The notes under the pieces are model-generated. The model saw nothing but the letters and a program-made list of their open reading frames with translations, had not been told where the DNA came from and made no database searches. The position numbers and the translations under genes were made by a program. DNA of 63,244 nucleotides, the filler included, from Atractiella rhizophila (taxonomy: Eukaryota), in NCBI GenBank assembly GCA_021432655.1. It is 4 parts of 4 records of this genome, joined end to end, with 100 filler letters (N's around TTAATTAATTAA, not from the genome) between each part and the next. Parts side by side here need not be neighbours in the genome. Positions count along the whole stretch, not along the records: positions 20,009 to 50,275 come from MU271579.1; 3 more parts are not named here. The stretch is one strand, 5' to 3'. How positions within the stretch are numbered: position 1 is the first letter of the stretch; every line of letters begins with the position of its first letter. Below, piece by piece: positions 27,873 to 40,049 of this stretch.

Positions 27873-28286
27873 CGTTAGTGGCGAACTGACAGAGAAAGAA
27901 GCTCTTTTACGGGACGAAAAGGGGCATCAAGAAAGAAATTGACGTTCCCGCTTACGGCTGTGATGGGAAAATAACTGCTGTTGATGGGAAAAACTAGTCT
28001 CGAACCAGATAACGTTTGAAGAGTGTGGCTGGCCTTTCCAAAGGTGGCTGCTCTAGAGAACTACGAGAAATGCATTAAGGAGGACCAGAAGGTTGATGAC
28101 TGTTTTTATGAGACAGCTCGCTAGCCAATCCCAATTTAAATATTCCCCTGTCATGGTGAGGTTATTCACGTGCAGCCAAGGTAGAAGTGGTAAGATCTCA
28201 ACTTGCATTTCAGTTTATCGATTCCTCACGGTTGGTACATTTCTTATTCTTGCAACACTTTCTACACTCCAGCCAAGGGACAGACA

Positions 28287-30957
28287 TCAATGGTGTTTGA
28301 TTTCGAATGTCTTCAAGCTTCCATCCGCTCCGGTCGAAGCGATATGAATCCCATCGATCCACTGAACGCCTGTAACACCAGCTGGATGTACATTCTAACC
28401 CATTTTCAGTTCAGAAGGGGGAAGTCAGCCGAAGATGAAGGACAGACCTTGATGGGAATATTCTTCATAGGTCTCTCCACGCTCCAGACGTACACGCAAG
28501 TATCCAGACTGCCGCTACCACAGTGTGTGCCTTCAGGAGACCAGGAGATGGCTTGTACTCTAGCGGTGTGGAAAACCCAGCGTCCTGTCTTTAACTGTGC
28601 ACGGATGCAGTTCGAAAAACCAAGTTAGTTTTTAGATTTCATTCAAAAGGAAATGGGAGGAACGCACGCTCATTCCTGCGACATCGTAAAGCATAATCTT
28701 CCCCGTCTGCTCGCCAGCCGCGAGAAGGGAGGCGTCAGGAGAAAAGGCGAGGGAAGTTATGGGCGAGAGGTTGTTCGTCAGCTCCCCACCAAGCTGCAGG
28801 CTGGATCCATCAAACTTGTATATCCGGACTTTATTATCCTATCCATGCACCATCCAACAAAGCATTCATGCGTCCGTTAGCATCATCCCTTGAATAACGC
28901 CTTCACTCTTCACGGAGAGAAATAAGCAGACATACCTCACCACCGACAGCAACTAAGTTTTTCTCCTTCGCTGCGTCTATCGCGCTTCCGGAGAAAGGGA
29001 GCTTGAGACTTCCGACCTTCTTTGCTTTCTGAAAGATGAGCACTTCCGTCGCATTGAGGAGGAACACGGTGGAAGATCCAGAGGCTTTACTCGTAGAGAG
29101 GCCTTTCGGGAGTCCTCCCGTACCTGCGCTCGTCGACCTATCCCAATATGCCTTAGTCCGTTGAATCAATCGGAGGAAGGGGACAGACGTGAACTCTTCC
29201 CCCTTGATCTCCTTCAGTGAATCGTCCATGCCTGCGCTCCATACCCCAGATTCGGGATCTACGTCCATCGCTATCACCTGATTCGTGTGGCTCATTCCCT
29301 TCACTGGTCTACAGACCCCTCCTGCTCCCACATCCGAGAATGAGTTGATCCGACCGTCGTACGAGCCTGTGTAGAAAGTCTTGGAGGGTCGAGAGTAGGA
29401 GAGGGAGGTGATGGATTTTTGAGCACCCTTTATTCCGACAAATTAGCAAAAGCTAGAGAAAATTTAAACTGGGATCGGTGAATGAAGGGACTGATGGAGG
29501 GATTGAATGGTGGATGAAAGCGGTGAGGGAAACCTACGTAAAGGACTTGAGAGATTTGGCCAGGAGCACGCGGATCGATGAGGTTGATGTTGCCGCTGAA
29601 GGAGAGGGAAGCGATCCTCCCTTCGTTCATCCACACATTCCCAACCTGCTGGGTATTGACAGCTGGTGCACCATCCTCTTCCACGTTCCAATGTCTGCAC
29701 ATGGAACCGCCAAGGCATTGGTCAGATCATCTCGCTACTCGAAATGTTGGGAGGAGATGCTCACGCGGCCACCTTCCCGCTCTCTACATCCCAAATTTTC
29801 ACCACCGCATCCGCGCCTGAGCTCACGAGCTTCTTCCCCGCCTTATCCCAGTCGATTGCAAACACAGTTCCCTTATGTGCACCGTCTCCGTCAATCAACT
29901 CTCCCTTCTTCTCTCCACTCGTCCCATCGTACAGAAACACCTTGCCGTCGCTGCCCGCGCTGGCGAAGGCTTCTCCAATGGGAGAATAACGAACGTCCTG
30001 GACGAAGCGGGAGTGAGAACGAATGGTAGTGCTGTACTTAAATGGGACGCCTGTGTAGAAGACGAGGGTGGTGTCGTCTGAACAGGTTACAGCTCGGAAC
30101 GGTCGTTGGTGTCGGATCGTTACTGAATTGACCACTTTAGAGTGGCCTGTGAGTTCGCCGCAGGAGGATCCTGAGTCGAAGAGAAAGGCGTGCCCGAAGC
30201 TGGTACCATAATATCCTGTTGTCAGTTCGACAAGAATGTAAGATCAGGAAAGAGGAGTGGAACAAACCGCTCTTTCCCGTCCCCTACAGCAATGATTCGT
30301 TTTGATTCCCCATCCCAAGAGAGATCGTTGATCCGTCCCGCTATCACCTTTCTACAAATCAAACCAAATCGTATCAGGGCCTATATTTCAAGGAAAGATG
30401 GGAATTACACTTCACTCTTCAAGACCTGATCGCTACCCACAGTATCCCAGACCCGGACCTATATCCACGAATCATCAACCACCAATTCATCGATCCTGTA
30501 CCCTTCCGAGGGAGAGCAAGAGGACTGGGAGTGGGCGACGAAAGACATACGGCCCCGGATGCATCTCCAGAGGCACAATAGTACCCGGAAGGGGTGAATT
30601 TGGCCACCGTGACAGGTTGAGTGTGCTGAGTGTACGCTTGCGAGGCGGATGGGTTCTGCATTAGATCGATGCATCGTCGATATTGATTTGGGAGAAAGAA
30701 GGGAGGGGGACGAACAGAGATGTCTCGTATACAGACGGTGCGGCCATTGGCGTAGCTGCGAGGGGTACTGTCATCTTTGTGCTGCCAGGGTGGAATGTCA
30801 CTTACATGATTTTTTCGCCTTGTTCCAATATAAGTCGTGTCAATCAGCGAGCATACAGTTGAGGAAAAAGCGAAGCGACCTTTGGATCACTGCCTAGCTT
30901 GACGGAGATGCCTCCCGTCGTAGCAGGATTGGCTGGGTATACTGACTCTGTATCACC
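28287..30957 (-). CDS. AIP1: WD40 actin-interacting protein 1 (AIP1/WDR1); first exon not located
   Basis: YPANPATTGGISVKLGSDPK, TVAKFTPSGYYCASGD, QRPFRAVTCSDD, FYTGVPFKY, VNTQQVGNVW, RWVFHTARV, GSLDTCVYVWS. Confidence 0.9.
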
Positions 30958-31532
30958 TACACCCTCAATGGTCAGCAAAATGCTGCTCAGGGTCAGATGA
31001 AGTTCAAACATAACTTAAAATGATCGGCCAGGTGTGCTGAATGATCAGTTGACTTTGCTCATGATCATATGGAGTTCAGGTTATCCTGTTGCTGAACCGC
31101 AGTGGTCAGTCACATGCTGCATGATTGGACTGACAACGACGGTCAGCCCTGACCATCAAGGTCCTGCATTTGTGATGGAGGCTAGAAGGAATAGACGGAG
31201 CAGTCAGATGGAAGACAGGGCAGGGAGCATGTGCGCGGCGGAGGGAGGTCAATGAACTCGAACCCAGTCTTTGAATATTTATTTGCTCTTATTTGTCACT
31301 CCTACAGTGTCACTCAGACATAATGCATAATTTCTCACTCGAAACTTATTTGTCACTCGAACCTATGGAGGTTGAAAGAACTGTAACGGATTTCGGTATA
31401 AGCTACTAGTATTCACCCCTCCCCATCTTTTCTCTCTCGCCCCTTGTTATTGTAAAGAAAACTGGTGCTCTAGGTGCGGTTTGAACTTTCTGCTTTCTTG
31501 GTCTCACTTGAGATGTCACAGGTCTTGCCTGA

Positions 31533-33154
31533 ATGGGGTTATACGCAAGAAACCTTTTCCAACAACGCAAAGACAACATGAACTTACGGAATAGAAATCT
31601 ACTACGAACACGTACGGCATCTTCGTTGGGGGATTTTCCTCTACAGAGTGGATCTGGACGTCATGCTTCCGCGCATAACACTAGGCAAGGCAAAACAAGA
31701 CGCAACGCTACAAGAGACCCACTTTTTTCAATACGCCCCTTCAGCTCTCGAACTCGACTCCCTATTAGTTCCATTCATCGACATGAGCTGCTCGAGAACC
31801 CGTTCTATCGCAGATACATCTGTGACGCATCGACGCTGCCAACACTTACTGGACACAATCTCACGTCTCCAGGAGCGTACAAGTTCCAAGCAGATTTGTC
31901 AGATTGGAACGATGAACATGTCCTTGCTTGCCGCGTCGTCCCATTGACGGGATTGCCCATTCAGCGTGTCATCCCAGAGGAATACTTAGAGGACGTCTCA
32001 GGTAGGATACGGTTGACAATGCGGCACGGCTGACAGAACTTTAGAGCTTGAACAACGCCTCATTCTGGACTTCGAACGATTCTCCGTAGAGGAGCTGGAG
32101 TATGGTTGTGCTGAGGATATCCCTCGCACAAACTTGATGTCGAAACCGTTGCAATCACTGAGGCGTATTCTAGCAACTGACTCCATGGTCAATGTCGGGC
32201 ATGCCTGCTATCTCATTGAAAGAATTCTTTCACCGCTCTTGCAAAACTCTGTTTTGAATTTAGAAAACAAGAGATTCAGGTTTCGATTCGAGTAAGCGCT
32301 CCATGCAGAAAGACTATTATTGATCGTTGCTAGCACGAAACCGAGAGTAGAAAATAGCGCGACCTTGGGTGGTGAAACAAATTGGAAACTTTCCGCCTTA
32401 TCTTCATTGGTTTTTAAAGACGTGACGGACTCAGAATTGCATTTATTGGACTTGGGCGAGGAAGATATTCCAGTAGTTGGGTTTTACTTCCAGGTTACCT
32501 TTCCTTCAAAACCGTTTTATTTTTCCAACTAATGCGTCTTACCTCAGCACCGTAAAGCATTTGTTCCTGGGCCGCGTGAGGGAGATGGCTCGGGTTGGAG
32601 CCTATACGCTGATTCGGATGTCAGCTCTATCTGCTCCGATGTCAGCTCAGATGTCAGCTCTATTTTCTCAGCCTCCCCACCACCTCCACGACCGACAGAG
32701 TCCATACATCTGAGAGGGATCAACATTCCTAGTCCTTCTTCGTATGCTCAAGAGCTTGGCATGATGATAGTACACATCACAGCTAACAGCACATTTTACG
32801 GCGTTGGAGATTGCGAGGTGCGCATAGCTAGTGTTCTTTACGAGGTTACTGAGTGCTGTTGCTGTCTAGGCTTTTGTTATCGGCATGAACCACACACGGA
32901 TGCACATCTCCGCCGCTTTCTTCCCTTCAGAGCACATCCTCGAAGCGATGAAGAACCCGGTCCTCCCGACAGACTCACTAGTCTACTTTCTTCAGAGTGA
33001 GGAGTTTGACCTTGCGCTGCCAGAGGGAAGAAGGGACGGCCTAAGGGCGCTTATAGCACTATTCAAATATATGCTTTCCGGTGAAGTAAAGATTGGGAGA
33101 ATGAAGAAATTTGCCAAGGAATTGAAAGCTCGCCGTGCGGAGCTGAAGCGGTAG
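31533..33154 (+). CDS. Orphan family B copy 1: putative catalytically dead nuclease-fold paralog of family A
   Basis: Apparently intact 5-exon model: DLSDWNDEHVLACRVVP...TLGGETNWKLSALSSLVF...PVVGFYFQ|HRK...SYAQELGMM...E|AFVIGMNHTRMH...SEEFDLALPEGRRDGLRALIALFKY. Confidence 0.75.
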
Positions 33155-33402
33155 CACATGTTATTCTCCATATTGACCTGCCTCATCTCTTTTGTGTATA
33201 TTTATCTGTAACTGCTTATAAATGCACTGCGACAAATATTGTTGTGTTAATAAGAACAACGTTCGGAGCATAATTTGTTCGGTGGATATAACGTTGTCAT
33301 CATTGAAGATCACAGCACCTGCCAAGTGGGACCCTTATTCTTTGGTAACGCTATTGAAGAGTTTCCGGTTGGGCGTATCCTGCCCAATCAAACCATACGG
33401 CA

Positions 33403-34358
33403 ATGTCACCTCCCCCAGCGGCCAATCCTCCTGAACGCACTCCCTCCTTCCGCTTCCTACCTCCAGAGTCTCTCCCTTTACGGTCTCCAGCTCCCCCGCC
33501 TACAGCTCGATGGCTGCTCCCAAGACGCGGATTAGGAGGCTCAGGTTGGATGCATACGACTGTGCCTGCACAAGACGGTGCTTCAGAATCGGAAACAGAA
33601 TCTACTGACACAGCTATACCCCCTCAAACGTCAACGTCAGGCCGGGAAGTAATTCGAATTGAAGCACGAGCGTCGGGGGAGAGAGACAGAGGAAGGGAAA
33701 CAACGGAAGATGGCATGTCGCTTCTCTCCAGCGCGCGTGCCACACTTGCCAGTTTGGCGGCAGAAGAAGTCCCGAATATGAGTGCTAGTGAAGAAGAGAG
33801 CCTTGCAAGCATTAGAGAGCGTCAAGCGAGGACCATTGATGCGCATACTAGCGTGAGTTACTTCTCCGTTATACTAGGACTGGGATGGTTCTGGAAGGCT
33901 GCATCGGTGTGCAGTTGATATCTGCTCAACGCGAGACCTTGCGAGCAGCGGAGAGGACTATACATCTTCTCCAGGATCAGATACGGTTATACGAAGTCCG
34001 TTCACGCTTTACCGCCCGTCTTTCAAACTCCTCCACCTCATCATCCTCTCTCGCCGCCTCTTCTTCCAACGGCTCCCCACAACCTTCAACATCGGCCTCA
34101 ACTGCCACTGGACAATCCCCATCGCGGCACTTTCACTCCGCCCACAACGCGCTGAATACCCGCATCCGTGCTATCTCCCTTGATATCGCGCGGCAGCGGG
34201 ACGCGGCTAAAGACAGGGAGAAGGCAGGATACGGAGAAAGGAGAGGAGCAAGAGGACGTAGAAGAGGAGGAAGAACTGGTGATCATGCAAACTCGCTACA
34301 GCACTTGAGGACACTTAAACCAGCCCCTCGGAAGTGTAGTGCCAGCAATCCTAGCTGA
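33403..34358 (+). CDS. Hypothetical low-complexity/coiled-coil protein; structure uncertain
   Basis: Two overlapping long ORFs (33403-33918, 33885-34358) joinable through a GTGAGT...CAG intron. No family recognised. Confidence 0.35.
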
Positions 34359-34401
34359 GTCCTGCGCGTAGGAAAGAGTTTGAGGAGGAACGACAGCTAG
34401 G

Positions 34402-35720
34402 ATGTATGAGCAAGGATATGGCAAGTCTCGAGCGATAGCATACCAATCACACCGTTGTCGTGCTCTTCTCCCTAACTCTTTGGCAGTTCCCGAGTCTACG
34501 TTATAATCAACAAAGTGTCGTGTTCTCGAGTGAGTAGCTTTGGGTCAAATGTTTCTCGAGTTTCACCACGGTAAACCCAGTGATTTACGCCTCTGGCTTT
34601 GGCGTGTTTGCTCTCTATGCTCTTGTGACCTACTTCAGGGTCTACGCTCAACCTCTTCACCATTCGAAGCCGCCATTCGAGGTTCCAAAGGCTGTTCTAG
34701 AGAGATCTGTGGTGGGTTACTACCCGAGTGTCAGGAAATGTCATATCTGATGATTATTCACTAGATATATGAATCATCGGACCTGGAAGGTACACCCGCA
34801 AAGTGCTTCCAAGGGTCTTGCGGAGGAGCTTGGAAACCCCTGAGATCGAGACACTGTAAGGATTGTGGATTGTGCAAGTGTGTCTTTACTTCCTTATGTA
34901 TGGCATTGCGATTTAAGCAACTTCAGGTCTACATTTGATCATCATTGTCCATGTTGAGTTTCTAACCAGTATTCTTCATTTCCCTTACTAATGATCCCGT
35001 AGGTTTGACTCCTGCATTACGTTAGAGCTGACGATGAAGCCCTTCCTTCAATTTGTTACGATTGTCCCGCTGCTTCTTACCTGGGCATTAATCCCGCTTG
35101 TTTGGCCAATTGGCAAACACCTGTCGCTTGTAAGCTTGAGCTTTTGATAAATAGTTACGCTGATTCGACGGGAAAGATTGTGCGAACTGTGTGGCTTGAT
35201 AGCAATAACCAATGGATGAAGGACCATTGGTGGAGCCTGAGGAGGTCTTGGATCGGTGGACCTGGATGGAGGTAAGCCTTTGGCCCATCGTTGATGTCTC
35301 ATCAACACCGCATTTAGATGGATGGGCGGCTTATACTATTCCTTCAAATATGCCACATTAGACGCTGCGTCCTCACGAAATCGGGTTGCGTGTCCCTCAT
35401 TTTCAGCCTTCTTCCTGGTCTTCTTCGCGACGATCACTTTGTCCTTGTCCACCGCCATGCTCTACTCCGTAATTTGGCAACTTGAATGCGGAATAACGAG
35501 TGTGGAGTACGAGCGTACGAAGCTTTGGAGAAGATTTCAAACAAAGGGGGAGAAGGGCTATGACCCCCGAATGAAACTTTGGGTTCCTTTCGGGGAAGGA
35601 CAGGGTTGCGTGATGCTAGTCTCGCCTTCTCAAGACCTATACAACCGCGGAGTCCATAGAAATTGGAGAAGTGTGATGGGAGTCACTTGGAGAGATTGGC
35701 TTTCAGGAACTCCTAGGTAA
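34402..35720 (+). CDS. DHHC palmitoyltransferase; start approximate
   Basis: WKPLRSRHCKDCGLCK|STFDHHCPW|FDSCI, TM segments, GITSVEY (TTxE-like), LYNRGVHRNWRSVMG. One donor appears non-canonical (see findings). Confidence 0.75.
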
Positions 35721-36026
35721 GCCGCCACTATGTTCCTTCACACCTTCAGACGTTCATCAATACTCTACCCATAGTGAGGAGGTCGGTAAGCTGGCACAAG
35801 TGAATGAGAAATGGCAGCAGATTCTGCTTGAGATGGCTCGGAAGCAGTGTGGCATAGATGAACATAAAGAATCGCAACACGCTTAACTGTTTCCGCTGAT
35901 GCAGAGAGCCTGCTCAACAAGATCGAGCTGGGACCGAGCATATGCTTTACATACAGATACAAACCAAGGAATAAAGATACATCACTCCTACAACGAAGGA
36001 ACTCAAGCATGCGTAATTAGAAAAGT

Positions 36027-38217
36027 TCACTTCTTGCGTTTTGGAGGAGGAACCGATACTGCACTCATTGGCGGTCGTTTAACGCTCGTCATCCTGCAGA
36101 TCATCAGCTTCATGACCTTGATGTTCAGAGTGCATACCACTGGAAAAAATCACAGCGAAACTCCGGATTCACGTCTTTGATATCCTGTCCCGTGTCGTAT
36201 CCTTTCCCCACTGGTCGAGCACATTGCCAAAACTACAACCCGAAGTCAGCAGACCGTATCTGTGGGCGAGTGGAACATCAACTTTACGGCCCTTGTTAGG
36301 ACCAGTTTTGTTGACGGTCCACATCTTGCAGGGCTCATCGTGACCTGTACAGTTCGGAACTACCGGAGGAGCAAAGATATTAGACCAAGCGGTTCGCGTG
36401 TCCTCCTGGGCGACTCGGATTTCTTCCAACAATTCAGGTGGAAATTCTTCTTCTTTCATTTCGAGCGGTGCGGATGTAGAAGTGGAAGCAGCAGGAGACT
36501 CTAGTCCAGATGATTTACGTCTTTTCGGTCTAGACCGTTCTTGCTCTTCGTTTTCGAAAGACGAACGTCGTTTCAGACACTGCTCCTCCTTTTCTTTGCT
36601 CTTCGTTGCAGGTGTGGTAAAGAAATTGGCGAGAGTTGGCTGAACAGAAGACTTGTTCTTTTTCTTCTTCGAGTTAGTGGACGAGGAGCGTTCGGCTTCG
36701 GAGGTCGATTTTCTCTTCTTGGAAGAAGACCGTTCCTTCACAGGCGACGATGCTGCACCGGCAGAGGAGACGGTAATCATGGATGATTCCTGAGAGAGAG
36801 CTGAGGATGTACCGTTGTCAACGGCTGAGGAAGAGACATCTGTTGATGAGGGAGGTCTACTGTTTGCCGCCTCCGGAGCTAGTGAAGACTCCGCCTTCTT
36901 GTTGAAGAAGGTGGTTAATGTGCCTTGTTTGAACTCTTGGTAAAATTTTGCCGCAAGTGGGGGAGGTTCAACTTCCTGGTCCTTGGCTCTACTAGGATTG
37001 AGTTGGTCCCACAACCTGAACGTTTGTCCATCGACCTGGATTTCCTCCCGAAATGTCGCTACGACAGGGCAATGATCGCTACCTTTTATGTTGGGTAGGA
37101 TATCACAACCATCGATCCAAGGAAGAAGACCATGAGTGACAAGGATATAGTCAATTCGAGTGCCATAGTTTGAAGCTCGCGCATCAATCTTCGTGTTCCA
37201 GCAGGTAAACATCTTCTCTCGGTCTGGATGGAACTTCCTGCAGATGTCGATGAGAATCCCGTTCTCGTTGATAAGATTGTCGAGCCATCGACGAGACGGG
37301 TGCCAATACCAGTCTGTGATTCCGTGCTCCTTCATCCTCCCTTCAGGATCGCAATGATCTAGCGGACGATGACAGATATTCATGTCCCCAACAACGACAA
37401 CCTCCCTCCCTGCCTTCATTAAACCTCTAACTCTAGATTCCAACATAGATTCGTATCGATTCTTGTATTCCAGTCGGTCATCATTCGTCTCGTTCGGGCA
37501 GTAAAGGTTGATGAGAACAAACAGGGACAGATCAACCATCGTGCAGCGGCCTTCACAGTCCAATTCGAGGATCTCATTGAAAGTTAAATCAAGAGACTCT
37601 AATGAAGGATGAGGGAGGATTTTAGATGAGTCGGAAAGAGCGGCAACGGTCTTTAGTCGGCCAGAAAGACCCTCTTCAGCCTTCACGGGAACGACGGTCG
37701 ACTTCTTCGTGTAGATTCCAGTGCCGGAGTAACCCTTAACTGGGACGCGCTGCACAAAGGCATAAATCAGTTACAGTATTATTAGCTGTGTAATGACCAT
37801 GATTAACCGAATAGAAGGAATAAAAGCAATCGAACTCGTTCATGATGCACATATTCCGCTCGACTTGCTTTCGTGTCATTTTCGTTTCTACCACCACATT
37901 CTACGGCACCCTTCGCATCATTAAGAGAGGACGCACCTTGTACACACACAATGTCTGCATCCATGTTGGCAATTATCCCTTCATAAGAGCTGTTTGGTTT
38001 GAAGTACTCTGACCAACTGGTACCGGCTTTCACTCAGCTTATTTCGCGCTATCAAAGAGAGCACTTGCGGGTGATAGTAAGGAAGTGTTTTGAGTCCGTT
38101 CTAGGTACCACTTCAGTCCAGACAGACGGTTCGTGTTTGCTTACGATATTCCATGTCTAACCGCGACAATAGGTCATGACTGTCAGCTGTGAACTGAGTA
38201 CTCACCATTAGCTTCAT
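36027..38217 (-). CDS. APN2: AP endonuclease 2 (ExoIII family with C-terminal GRF zinc finger)
   Basis: MKLM|TWNI|NGLKTL, ADIVCVQ, KGYSG, LINLYCP, VVGDMN, TCWNTK, GTRIDYIL, GSDHCPV, PIP-like QGTLTTFF, CTGHDEPC...GPNKGR...FRCDFFQW. Confidence 0.93.
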
Positions 38218-38837
38218 CCCAGCCGTGTTGGCCCAATAGTTGCTTAGTAGCTGTGGAGCTCTGAAGTCTTAAAAGACCTAGCGCGGCGGTCCAAGCTGTT
38301 GATAGTGGTCGTTTGACTCTGCCGGAGTGGCAACACCAGAACGCGAGAGTGGAATCTCGATCAACGCTCAACATAGAATGAGCGAACGACGGAGGGAGCA
38401 AGCATATCAACAAGACAACAAAGGATTGGATGCTATTATAGGGAGCTAGGACATTGCACAATCTCATTTACGACTTCCAGGTAAGCGCAGGATATTCCAC
38501 TGTTGTAAATGGGTGGGAGCACATTGAGCGGTTTAGAACAATGACAAGGTTGTTGAATCTATTTCGGACTAGAGCAATTCCTCTACAAGCATTGTTCCGC
38601 GCACTGAATTCAGGACTTGTTATCTGTAATGGATGAATCTACCTTATTCTAGCACATGTAATCCGGAGGAAGTAGGTGCAATGAAGTAGATGTGCCGCCT
38701 TGATTACATGTGGAGGATATGGAGCCTCTACCGGTGTCAACATCTACGCTACTTCGATTTTCTCAAAATCTATACAAACCTCTCCCCTTTCTCAATGTTT
38801 TGGATGTGCTCATTCGTTCTAAGGCAAACACAATATC

Positions 38838-39923
38838 ATGCTCCTCGTTTTAACTCACCCTCTCGCTTTGTCCACCTCCTATGTTGCATCCCTCTATCTC
38901 TTCAAACCGCGTCAACAACCATCTTCAGATGCACCGGTTCACCTGCCGCGAGACAATCCCGCTGTGATCCGAGCTCGCCTAACAGGACTTTCACTCTCCA
39001 CAATCGCGTCTTTCGGACTACTTGCTCTTCGTTATCACCGCTCTGGACTCTCGATACTCGGGTGGAGAGGGTTGTTTGATCTCCTTGGCTTACAAGTCGA
39101 CCGTCAAGCCATCAAAGCAAGTATCGTTGGAGTGGGGTTGACAGCATCCCTTTTTGCCGGGCCTCTTTTTGTTGAGTTTTTGGATCGAAAACTCCCAGGA
39201 CAGAAGTGGTTCAGCTTGAAGCGTTGCTGGGGAGATGTAACGAGTTGGATCGGGCTGCGGAACTGGGTCTTTGTATGGGTTTATTGCTTCTGCTAGTCCA
39301 CGGAGCTGAACTGAGTCAAGGCACCGTTGACGGAGGAGCTGATTTTCCGCTCTTTCACGTTCGCTTCCGAGTTCATTATGACCAACGGAATGGTAGACTG
39401 GAAATGGCTTGTATTCTTTACACCCGTTTATTTTGGAGTTGCTCATGCACATCATATTTGGGAGTCCTATGTGCAAAGTGGGAGGACAAGGGATGGACTG
39501 ATCAGAGGAAGCATCCAAGCTGGTATGTCTTTCCCTTGTATTGGTAATTCTACAACTAATTTGTCAAAGCTTTTCAATTCTCCTACACTACACTCTTCGG
39601 ATGGTACTCGAGCTATCTCTTTTTCCGAACAGGTGTGCTTCTCCGATCTAGCACTAGCACAACCTGACTAGCGACAGGTTCTGTTTATCCTTCCATCTTC
39701 GCCCACACCTTCTGCAATATGATGGGCTTCCCAACTTTGGGATACGATCTTGATCGCTATCCGGAGAAGAAACAATGTCTGTCCCCCCTCTCACACAGGG
39801 CTATCGTTAATCAAAGTCATAGCCATTATCTGCTCTTACATCGCCGGTATCGTTGCTTTCACGGCTGGTATGGTCAGATTTGTGCATACGAGGGAATTCG
39901 TTTATTGGCCAGCGCTCCTTTGA
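38838..39923 (+). CDS. RCE1: CAAX prenyl protease 2
   Basis: YVASLY, RDNPAVIRARL, LFAGPL, LRNWVF, TEELIFR, FGVAHAHH, FGWY, HTFCNMMGFP. Confidence 0.92.
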
Positions 39924-40049
39924 TCTGTTTCAGTCGTGGATTCAATTCACTTCAAGCGGTTTTTGTTACAGTTTGTTTACAACGCAGCGGTACATCTGAT
40001 AATATAAAAACAAAAAATGAGGCAGCTCAAAATGGAGAACAACACTGTG

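Noticed and set aside
29478..30029. Long antisense ORFs over AIP1 (likewise 56316-56897 and those over TRP1)
   Set aside because: Shadow frames of real coding exons with no independent motifs.
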